DNA of 64,000 nucleotides from Octopus sinensis (taxonomy: Eukaryota), in NCBI RefSeq assembly GCF_006345805.1, contig NC_043000.1:91574001-91638000 (forward strand), read 5' to 3'. Under the pieces are notes generated by a model. It was given only the letters and a program-made list of their open reading frames with translations, was not told the origin of the DNA and made no database searches. This document shows positions 40,627 through 52,162 of the stretch, in pieces. The translations under genes and the position numbers were made by a program. Numbering within the stretch: the stretch's first letter is position 1; every line of letters begins with the position of its first letter.

Positions 40627-40855
40627 TATTTCTTTATTACCCACAAGGGGCTAATCACAGAGGGGACAAACAAGGACAGACATAGGTATTAAGTCGATTA
40701 CATCGACCCCAGTGCGTAACTGGTACTTAATTTATCGACCCCGAAAGGATGAAAGGCAAAGTCGACCTCGGCGGAATTTGAACTCACAACGTAACGCAGA
40801 CGAAATACCGCTAAGCATTTCGCCCGGCGTGCTAACGTTTCTGCCAGCTTGCCAC
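40627..40855 (-). mobile_element. Young SINE family B with 13-bp TSD, nested in a family D SINE
   Basis: CTTTTTACATACC at 40614-40626 and 40856-40868. CpGs are retained. Confidence 0.9.
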
Positions 40856-43804
40856 CTTTTTACATACCACTGGCATGGGAGCCAGTCAGGCAGCACTGGC
40901 AGCGACCACACTCAAATGGTGCTTTATACATACCACTGGCACTGACAATGATAACAACTATGATTTCACTTGGCTCAGTAAGTCTTCTCAAGAACAGCAT
41001 ATTTCCTGAGGATTGAAGGGGCACTTTTAAATGGGTCAGTTATGCGACACTGGCATCAGCCATGGTTACAATCTCATTTGGCTTGCCAGGTCTTCTGAAA
41101 CACAACTTATCTCCAAAGATCTCAGTTGCTTGTATTTGCCTTAAAATATCCATTTATAAACGAGAAAATTATACATTCCACAACAAAGTTTTACTCATTA
41201 AAGTTTTGTTTGTTTGTTCCTTCTTGAGCCATGCCTGGCTCATAAGGGTTGGTTTCCCAGTTTCCTTGGCATACAGGTTTACCACCTTAATGGGACGCTG
41301 GTCCATCGCAGGTGAGCTGCAAGATGCATCACCATTATCTTCTGCTGGAGCCACGTGGAGCTTAGGTGTTTCGCTCATAAACACACACATCGCCTGGTCT
41401 GAGATTCGAACCCGTGATCCCTCGACCGCGAGTTCACTGCTCTAACCGCTAGGCCATGTACCTCCACATTCATTAAAGTAGATTCTTTTATTTCTGCTTA
41501 TTGATGTCTTCTATTGAATCTTCATTTTTGTAGTTAATATTTTTAAATCCACCTGGTAGGAAATTGACCATTTTGGTAACAACTGCCTGAAACAGCAGTT
41601 GGTCATTGTTGTTGTCGTTGTCATCGTCATCGTCATCATCACCATCACTTAATGTCTGCTTTCTATGATGGCATGGGATTGGCATTTTGACAGGGAACTG
41701 GCAAGCTGCATGTCTGCATCAGGCTCAAAAGTCTACTTCAAATTCCTTACATCCTTCCGGGGTTGATAAATTAAGTACCTGTGTAACACCGGGGTTGATG
41801 CGATTGACTAGTCCCCTCCCACGAAATTTCAGGCCTAGTACCTTCAGTAGAAAGAATTATTATACCTACACCTGTGTTTGAGGCAGTGAGCTGGAAGTAT
41901 TGTTAGTACAGTGGGCAAAATGCTTAGCAGTATTTTGTCCATTTTCACATTCTGAGTTCAAATTCTGCCAGTGTCAATTTTGCCTTTAATCCATTTGGGG
42001 CCAATAAATTACATATCAGTGAAACAGCGGAGTCGATGTAATTGACTAGTCTCCACCTCCACCAAATTTCAGGTCTTAGTAGAAGGGATTATTATACCTG
42101 TGTATGTTTTGATAATTAAGACTGAAAAAAATTGACCATCTTTGTAAAATATTTTGGACATAGGTTTACACCTCCAAAGCAAATTCCATTCTTGCACTTA
42201 TGTTCACAAACTACAGCATGCTATCTAAATAAAACTATGCTTTCAATAGTGTATTCTAGATATTTTTTCACCCTTTTCAAGCCTAGCCAGGCTCATAGGC
42301 CCGGTTTCCCAGTTTCTGTGGTGTATGTGTTCCCCCTAGCTGGATGGGACGCCAGTCCATCGCAGCATTACTCAAGAAACTGGAAGAGGGAGTGAAAGAA
42401 AGTTGGGGCAAAAGAGTATAACAGGGGTCATCACCACCCCCTGCCAGAGACTCGTGGAGCTTTTAGGTGTTTTCACTCAATAAACACACCCAATGCCCGG
42501 TCTGGGAATCAAAACCACGATCCTCCAACTGAGAGTCTGCTGCCCTAACCACTGGGCCATTGCACCTCCACGTATCCTAGATATACAATTCAAATAAACA
42601 AATTGTGGATTTATCAGTGGCTTAGCATGGCTTTTGGCCATCTGTGCACTAGTCAAACTGAATACTCTCTTCTTTAAAATGGAACATACCAGTTACTATA
42701 GCAAAGATGCATTTATTAAGTGGATGTGTTGTGTACTCCGTGCGCTCCATGTTATGCCACTGGGTTTTGTTATACCTACAATATGCTTATGCTCTATTCA
42801 TAGCAATAAGTCAAATAAACAACAAATGTAGAAACAACAGAAGCAATAGAGTATGTAATTATAACTACAGTAACAACAACTTGTATTAGTAATTATCATA
42901 AGAAAACTAGGTCATTATAATATTAACAATAATAAATGAAACAAGAATACCAACAGATATTGGATAGAATATCAATAGTTGACAAACAACTATTTAGTGT
43001 GTGTATGTGTGTGTGAGAGAGAGAGAGGGAAAGAGGGAGTGAGTGAGAGAGAGAGAGAGAGAGAGGGTTTAGATGAAATAGCAGACATGAAATTAACACC
43101 AGATGTGATGAAATTGATGACAGATGTGATGAGATTATGACAGATGTAATAAGGTTAAGATATATCAGATAAAATTAATGACAGATTTTATGCGATTACT
43201 GCAGATGCGACGACAGTAGGTGACATGACAATGATCTGACAGATGACATAACAGATGACAACAATAACAATAACAACAACAACAACAATGGCAACACCAT
43301 TAAAACGTCAAGGAGGAATCTATTGCTAAAAATAACAACCAAATTTTTCTCAAAACATCTGCACATACTGTGTTTTAAAAATAAAACGGAGATATTGGAT
43401 ATATAATTCTTTTTACATGACAATAGTAAGCTGGAAGGATAAAAGACAGTATGCTCATGACAGGAGTGACAACAGAAATGAAAAACAACACAAGAGGAGA
43501 CACTCAAAAGCCAATAAATTAACCTCTACCTGGTCAGTTTCTCTGCTAGAAATAGCAACCACATTTCTATGAAATAACATTAAACCAATTTAAAAATGCA
43601 AAGTATATTAGGGTGATAAAGTATGTCCTTCCCCACCCCACCAAAGAATGGAACACGGTTTTGAATGTCACGATAATAAACTATTCAATTGCAACCAAAG
43701 TATATAAAGAACAAAAACTATAAAATTTTTCATAATTCATACATACACACATAGATGCAGACAAACATACATACATACATACATAGATACATATACATAT
43801 ATAC

Positions 43805-43853
<49 letters not shown>

Positions 43854-44404
43854 TTTATTCTTTTATTCTTTTATATTTCAGCCTTGAGGCTGCAGTGATG
43901 CTAGGGTACTGCCAGTGTAATCACCTTTTAACTGGTCAATTCTATGGGTTTGGCTTTTGGTGAAGGAGGGAGTTTGATAACCTTGCCCAAGATGCCATGC
44001 AGTGGGAATGAACCTGGAAAAATGTGATTGCGAAGCAAGCTTCTTACCACACAGCCATGTCTTATCACCATCATCATCATCGTAATTTAATGCCTATTTT
44101 CCATGTTGGCATGGGCTGGATGGTTTGACAGGAGCTGTAAGGCCGGAGGCTGCACTAGGTCCAGCATCTGTGTGTCTGTTTTATGGCTCGTTGCCCTTCC
44201 TAACACCAACCACATTTGCAGAATCTACTGGGTGGTTTTTACATGGCACCAGCACACACGCACACGCACACACACACACACATATAATTTTATGTAACTT
44301 ATATGTTTTGCTTTTCTATATTCCTTGAAATTGTAAGAAACTAAAATTTTGAAATGCTTAACAGTTCAAAAATAGAAATGAATAAAAGGTAAAAGATAAA
44401 GTTA

Positions 44405-45100
44405 AGAAACAATAAATTGCCACTTGCATGGTAAAGAAGGAAATTTTAAACAATGAATTGCATATTTATTCTTAATAACTTTTGGCTGATTTGAACAGAA
44501 ATATGCTAATCACTGTTGTGTTAGTCTCAAGAAAACTGTTTCACCTTTACCAGATTATTGCTGTATGTTTTCACTACTGCTATGAATGTATATGTGTGTG
44601 TGCAGTTTTATGTTTGTCTTATCACTGCTTGATAACCAGAGTTGGTTTGATTACATCCCTGTAACTATACAAGTACAACAAAAGAGAGTTTTACTATTTT
44701 CTTTCAGAGCACTTCTAGCTGTTAATTTTTTTGTTACGTGTTGTAAATTAAGGGTCTCAATTTGAACAATAAATCGCCACTTGCATGGTAAAGAGTAAGA
44801 TTTGAAACAATGAATTGCATATTTATTCTGGCTGGTTTGAACAGAAATATGGTAATCACTGTTGTGTTAGTCTCAAGAAAACTGCTTCTCCTTTATCAGA
44901 TTATAACTATATGTATTTACTACTGTTATGAATGTATATATGTGTATGTGTGTGTAACATTGTCTTTTGACTGCTTGATAACCAGAGCTGGTTTGAAACT
45001 ATACAAGAACAACGAAAGTGAGTGTTAATATTTTCTTTCATAGTAGTTCCATCTGTTAACTTTTTTTTACATTTTGTACATTAAAGGTCTCATATTGAAC
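44405..45100 (+). repeat. Diverged tandem duplication, unit ~350 bp
   Basis: AATAAAT(T/C)GCCACTTGCATGGTAAAG at 44411 and 44768 (357 bp apart), with collinear downstream blocks. Confidence 0.85.
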
Positions 45101-45664
45101 CTCCCTGCATGCAGGTCAGTAATCTATTGATTTTAGTTCCTGAAGCTATTATACTGCTACATATACATGTACTAATCCATGGTCACTCAGCTTGCTAAAA
45201 ATAGCAATCAATCCCACCTCATCAAAATGAACCCTTAGCATCTTGAAAAGCAAGGGGTATATTGCATAAGGCAGCCTTAGATACATACAAATACTTGAGA
45301 AAAGAAAGAAAAGTGAGGAGGGTCATGGTTAAAAAAATGTTCATTATGTATAGACCTGTTCAATTAGTGCTAACTTGGGGCTACACAACAAGAACAGCAA
45401 CAATAACTCAATACTAAGCAGTTTTTGCTAAAATGAAATCTCTGCTAAATCCTAAAAGAAATAGAAAGAAATGAAAGAGGAGGCAAACACAATAGAAAAA
45501 GGAATGTTGAAATCTGAAATCATTTCTTTAACTCTGAGCGTTGTGAAAGAAGACAAGTAGAAAAAAAAGCCACCTGAAATCAAGCACTCAGTACTACATG
45601 TATACACACAAGTACACACACACACACACACACATGCAAACACACACATGCATACACACATATA

Positions 45665-45716
<52 letters not shown>

Positions 45717-46287
45717 CATATTTATATATACACTATTTATATATATACTAATGTATATATGTATATATATACACACAAGGTTACACAGATATGCATATTA
45801 TACAAATACAGATACATATGTACATATATTTACCCAGATGTATATAAATATATATATATGTATATATGGATATGTGTGTATATATACATGTGTATATATA
45901 TATATATATATAATTATATATACATATGCTCACAAAAAGGAACATATATGGAAATGTGTGTGTGTGAACGAGTGTGCATTTGTATGTAATGTATTTTCTG
46001 TTGTGCATCTATATAAAAAAATGCATAAATATGTCTCTTACTATACACCCACATATTCATGTGTATATATATACACAAAAACATATACGCATATATGTAT
46101 GAATAAATGTGTGGTGGGTGTATATATATATATATATATACACACACATACATATATATATATGCATACATATATATATATATAAATATATACATATATA
46201 TATATGCATACATATATATATATATAAATATATACATACATATGTATATACATATACATACATATGTATGTATATGTGTATATATAT

Positions 46288-46326
<39 letters not shown>

Positions 46327-46872
46327 GATATATATATATATTTACATATATATATGTATGCACACATACCCACACACACATACATACATATACATATATG
46401 TGTGTGTGTATTTATGTAGGTACATGCACACATAGAAACGTATATAATTTCTGTTCCAAATCTATAACTTTATTTGAAGAAGGTTACAGATTTGCAGTCA
46501 CTTATGCTAGCAAATAATGTTTTGGCATAGCACAAACAAAAATAATAATGATAATAATAAAATAACAAAAACATGACGAAAACAACAACAACAACAACAA
46601 TATCAATAACAACAAAATGAGGAACAAAAATACACAAAAAATAAAATAAAATAAATACCCAAAGGCCAAACATCCTGAAGCTTTCACTACACTAGTTGGC
46701 TTTGAAATATCCTCCTGGAACTCAGTAATGTCTTGTAGGAGTGCCAATTGGTTCTATCAACAATACTACCCGATGTTTAAAGCTAACACACATCAGCAAA
46801 CCCGTTTGGCAAACAACAGGTCTGTCTATTTATCTGTCTGTCTGTCGAGCTGTCTATTTTATCCCTCTCTCT

Positions 46873-46952
<80 letters not shown>

Positions 46953-47314
46953 TTGTCTGTCTCTCAATATATTGTTAGCTAGCTAGCCAGATCTGCTTTT
47001 ATTTGGCTGTGTAACCATCAGTATGTCTTTGTATTTACCTATTTCTTAACATAGTCATAGCCCTTTCCACACATACGTATGCTGTACACATTTACATGGA
47101 TATGTATTTGCAAGTGTTACTATGAGTATGCATATATATGTATATATATATTTTATATACATATATATATATATACATACACATGCATGCACATATGCAT
47201 ACACACACATGTGCATAAACAAATGCACACACTCACATGTATATATATATAGATAGACAGATAGATATATATATCGATATATATGTACCTTTTTTACATA
47301 CATACATATCATAC

Positions 47315-47354
<40 letters not shown>

Positions 47355-48129
47355 GTGTGTGTGTATAGACACACATACATACATACATACATACTATATA
47401 TCGATATATATATCTATCTGTATATCTATATATATACATGTGAGTGTGTGCGTTTGTTCATGCACATGTGTGTGTATGCATACATGTACACATGTATGTA
47501 TATATGTTGATATTTTGCATATATACATTGAAGATGGACATTAAATTATACTGATGTTGATGATACACTCACATACAATGTGTGTGTGTGTGTGTGTGTG
47601 TGTGTCACATGGGAGATGAAAAAAAGTTGTAACATTGCCTGCAGGATTTGAACACTGCATTCACTGCACATCATAAAGCTGTGCTAGTTAATGTATTGTG
47701 AGTTGTTTCATCCATGAATTGTTGAGTATTGTAATTGCTCAATCAAGTGTACTTCCTGTGCATTGAATTATAGAATAATTGACTGAGTATACCCGAGGCA
47801 CTTGTATGCTGAACATTACCCTTAGGCTGAAACAGTACATGAGTATTTAATAATGGTGTGATATTTTGTGTGTGTTTGTAAATTCATGCATGTATGTCTG
47901 GATGTTTGAACATATGCTTGGAGCAAGATTTGTTGAATGAAATTTTTGTCATAATTTTGCATTAATCTCGCCAGGAAGAAACCCAGGTGACTTAAGAGGT
48001 ATGTAAAATCATAGAAATGGAAGACATTCTTATCAGCAGTAGTATTTGTAAAAAAAAAATCATTGTTGCTACCAACAAGTGTTAACAAAGAATATATACA
48101 TCATTATTTTGATTTCTACTGCAGTACAT

Positions 48130-48780
48130 GCTCATAATATATTATCATTGACTTGACAGACATCAGCATATTTCAGCAAATAATTTGTTTTCTGAATTCT
48201 ATAAACAAGAACTACCATGCTTATTGACATTCAGGTAACTTCAACTGAAGACATACAATAATGTTGAAACACTAGTCTCTTAAATATTTCCTTCATCATC
48301 GGATTGTGTGTGTTGTTAGCACACATCCTCTGAAGGGCGAGGTTGTTGTCTAAAAGGGAAATACAACAGAGGTTAACATATTCACATTGAAATCTGCAGG
48401 AAGATGTTAAAAATGAATATTTACATCATTGCTTTTCGTTCTCACTGCTTTATAAGCTCACTATAACCTAATATTGATTTGGCAGGCACCCGGATACATG
48501 AGTAAATATGTTTTCTGAATTCTATAAACAAAGACCACAAGTCCTGTTTGGATCTGGTATCCAGGAATAGCTTTAGCTGAAGGGACACAGTCATGTCAAA
48601 ATGCCTGTATCTTAGAGACTTGTTTCTATACTGAATTTTGTGTTCTCAGCCCACATTGTCCATAGGAAGAAGGGATTCTTCAAAGGTGTAATCCAAAGTG
48701 ATTAACATATTTATGTTCAAATCTGCTAAACAGTTTTAAGAATGAAAATGAATACACAGTTCATTACTGTAAAATATTAA
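48130..48780 (+). ncRNA. Two tandem ~330-bp units, each with a degenerate type-I hammerhead ribozyme motif
   Basis: GTTTTCTGAATTCTATAAACA at 48187 and 48510. CTGAAGA..GAAA core at 48245-48269 and CTGAAGG-GACA-loop-TGTC-AAAA at 48577-48601, each followed by a near-palindromic stem III and TC. Confidence 0.55.
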
Positions 48781-49015
48781 TATATATATTAAAATTATGT
48801 TATATATTTTAACAACTTCTCTTCTTTTTTAGTTAAATTGTTAAGTTTTATGGGATTTCTGTCCGTAAATTCACAACACACCATATACAAGTATTATTTT
48901 CATATTCACAAATTTACGCCTGTAAATTACCAGCAAAATATGAAGAATCAAATTAGGAATCTTTTTTGGAAACCTCCAAATTAAAGGACGAATCTATATT
49001 CAACCTTTTTTACAC

Positions 49016-49020
<5 letters not shown>
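48780..49020. mobile_element. Probable Tc1/mariner terminal fragment
   Basis: Ends ...ATTCAACCTTTTTTACACCTG|TA abutting a long (TA)n. No partner TIR was found. Confidence 0.45.
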
Positions 49021-49076
<56 letters not shown>

Positions 49077-49207
49077 TGAGAAAGAAGCACATTCTAATAA
49101 ATAGATCCCTAGATTGTCCATATGATGAGCTGTCCATATGGCTTTGCTTTGTGGGTGCGAAACATTGGGTAACTCTATATAAAATTTTGTTTTAATACAC
49201 ACACATA

Positions 49208-49428
49208 CAGAGTTGGCCAAAAGTCACCCGACAGTTAATCAAAATTCTATAAATACTTAATACTCAATTTTAGGAAAATGGTGTTGCTCAAGAACAACTT
49301 CAGTTTGAACAATTGTCATGATGTTTCATATCTAGATGCTTTTATTAAATTCATTCAGTTGTGAAACATAATAAATCTTGGAATTAGATGGTTTTGATTT
49401 ACTGTCTGGTGACTTTTGGCCAACTCTT
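49208..49428. mobile_element. 221-bp Tc1/mariner-type MITE
   Basis: TA|CAGAGTTGGCCAAAAGTCACCCGACAGTTAATCAAAA versus TTTTGATTTACTGTCTGGTGACTTTTGGCCAACTCTT|TA (37-bp TIR, 3 mismatches), with TA at both ends. Confidence 0.9.
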
Positions 49429-49445
49429 TATATATATATATATAA

Positions 49446-49711
49446 AATTAATTAAGGGTAGAAATTGATATTTATCAATTAAGACCAGTGGTCTAGCATA
49501 TTAAAAAAGAATCCGAAGATTAAAATATTTATATATACCAATTAAGGACTGAACACGAAAAGTGGACAGTCAACATGCTAGATATAGACGTCAAATCGCC
49601 ATTCACCACAAAAGATTATGTTCTCAGATCAAACTCAACACAAAAAATGGCGATTTGACGTCTATATCTAGCATGTTGACTGTCCACTTTTCGTGTTCAG
49701 TCCTTAATTGG

Positions 49712-49718
<7 letters not shown>
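49446..49718 (+). mobile_element. TA-embedded hairpin element (head plus perfect 66-bp inverted repeat)
   Basis: 49538-49603 is the exact reverse complement of 49646-49711, with a 42-nt spacer. It is preceded by the head AATTAAGGGTAGAAATTG...CTAGCATATTAAAAAAGAATCCGAAGATT. Confidence 0.8.
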
Positions 49719-49743
<25 letters not shown>

Positions 49744-51062
49744 ATATATACACACATGCATGTGTACATATATACAACTCTCTTTATACCTCATTTCTCG
49801 TTCCTCCATGTTCACTTCCACATAGACGTGAATTATTCATGATGAATGTTGAATCCCTTTACTAAGCCTTATTATCTAAAGTATTACCTCATCTTTCCAC
49901 AATTATTATTAATGAAGATAGCTTTCTGATAGTAGCAAAAATCCATAAATTTGATGGGGTGGAGGACATTTGAATATACCAACTCCAGTGGCTGACTGGT
50001 ACTTATTACTTGTTCTATCAATCCTTAACATAAGAAAGCCAACTGTGATCTGTTCAGAGTTTGAACACACTGAAAAGTCCATAACTGAATACTATTTAGC
50101 ATTTAGTGCAGTATTCTGCCATTTCTGTCCTTCCATAATAATAATGATAATGATTGTAATTGTTTGTTCCTTCTCAAGCCATGCCTGGCTCATAAGGGCC
50201 AGTTTCTTGGTTTCAATGGCGTATAGATTCCTCACCTAGACAGGGTGCCGGTCCATCGCAGGTGAGCTGCTAGATGCAGGAGGAAAGAGTGAGAGAAAGT
50301 TGTGGTGAAAGAGTCAGCAGAAGTTCACCATTTGCTTCTACGGAGCTGCATGCAGCTTAGGTGTTTTGCTCATAAACACACACATTGCCCAGTTTGAGAT
50401 TTGAACCTGCAATCCCTTGATCGCTGCTCTAACTAGCCCATGTGCTTCCACAATTGTTGTAATAAGTATAGTAATAATTGTTTTAAATTTTGGCAGAAGG
50501 CCAGCAAAGTTTAGTGAGTTGGTATGTCAATTACATCAACCCCAGTGTTCAACTGGTACTTATTTTATCAACCCTGAAAGGATGAAAAGCAAAGTTGACC
50601 TCGATGGAATTTGAAGTTAGAACATAAAATCAGATTAAATGCCTCTAAGTATGGTAATGATTCTGCTATCTTGTCACCTTAATAATTATAATAGTTAATG
50701 ATAATTATAACAGTTTCAAATTTTGGTACCAGGCCTGCCATTTTGGTAGGAGTTAGTGGGTTACATCAATCCCCAGTGCTCAACTGGTACTTGTTTTAAT
50801 GATCTCAAAAGGATGAGAGGCAAAGTTGATCATAGTGGAATTTGAACTGGAAATCTAAAGAACTGGAAAAAGTGCAAGAAAGCATTTTGCATGATGTGCT
50901 TACCACTTTGTTTATAAATGGAAGGTGTCTCTTGATGGACCAACTTCATAATTTGTTGACTGCCTCTCAGAAAAGAAAAATAACCATCTTTCTCCTTAAG
51001 TAACTAAAATGGTAATGGTTTCAAATTTTGGCACAGAGCGCCCCCATTACCTCACTCTAGAG

Positions 51063-51284
51063 CAGTGGTTTTCAAAGAGGGTCCATTTGGCCCTTAAGGG
51101 ACCATATAAGATTTTTGTTGTTAAAATGTATCGGCAATAAATTGTGGTAAATAGCTTGCTTACAAATCACATGGTTCCGGGTTCAGTCCCACTGTGTGGC
51201 ACCTTGGGCAAGTGTCTTCTACTTGGGTCAACCAAAGCCTTGTGAGTGGACTTGGTAGATGGAAACTGAAAGAAGCCCGTTGTA

Positions 51285-51355
<71 letters not shown>

Positions 51356-51723
51356 GTATATGTTTGTGTGTCTGTGTTTGTCCCCTCAACATCGCTTGAC
51401 AACCGATGCTGGTGTGTTTACCTCCCCATAACTTAGCGGTTCAGCAAAAGAGATGGATAGAATAAGTTCTAGGCTTACAAAGAATAAGTCCTGGGGGCGA
51501 TTTGCTTGACTACAGGTGGTGCTCCAGCATAGACACTGTCAAATGACTGAAACAAGTAAAAGAGTAAAAAAGAGTAAAAGAGAATTATCTTTATACAATT
51601 CCTAATAATATTTAATTTTAAAGATATGATAAGATTTTTTAAAACACTGAAAGGCTACAAGGGTCCATCTTAGTAAAATAGGAACCAAAGGAGTCGCTAG
51701 GTAAAAATGGTTGGGAAACACTG
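51063..51723. mobile_element. hAT (Charlie-like) MITE with 8-bp TSD, carrying a SINE A
   Basis: CTCTAGAG|CAGTGGTTTTCAA ... TTGGGAAACACTG|CTCTAGAA. The NTCTAGAN target and CAGTG termini are characteristic of hAT-Charlie elements. Confidence 0.9.
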
Positions 51724-52052
51724 CTCTAGAAGAATGAAAGGCAGAGTTGAACTTGGTGGAATTTGAATTCAGAACATAAAGAGCTAGAAGAATGTTGGTA
51801 TTTTGTCTGATGTACTTATGATTCTGCCAGCATACCACCTCAATCAGAATAATAATAATGCTTTCTATTATAGGCAGAAAGTCTTTGACCCCACTCCTTA
51901 GCTGGTATGTATTTCATCGATCCTGAAAAAAAAAAATGAAAGGCAAAGTTTACTTCAGTGGAATTTGAACTCAGATCATAAAGATGGACAAAATATCACT
52001 AATCATTTTTATTCAGCAAGCTAATGATTCTGCCAGCTCACTGCCTTAATTG

Positions 52053-52124
<72 letters not shown>

Positions 52125-52162
52125 GTGTCTTCTATAATAATAAGTGTCTCTAATAATAATAA

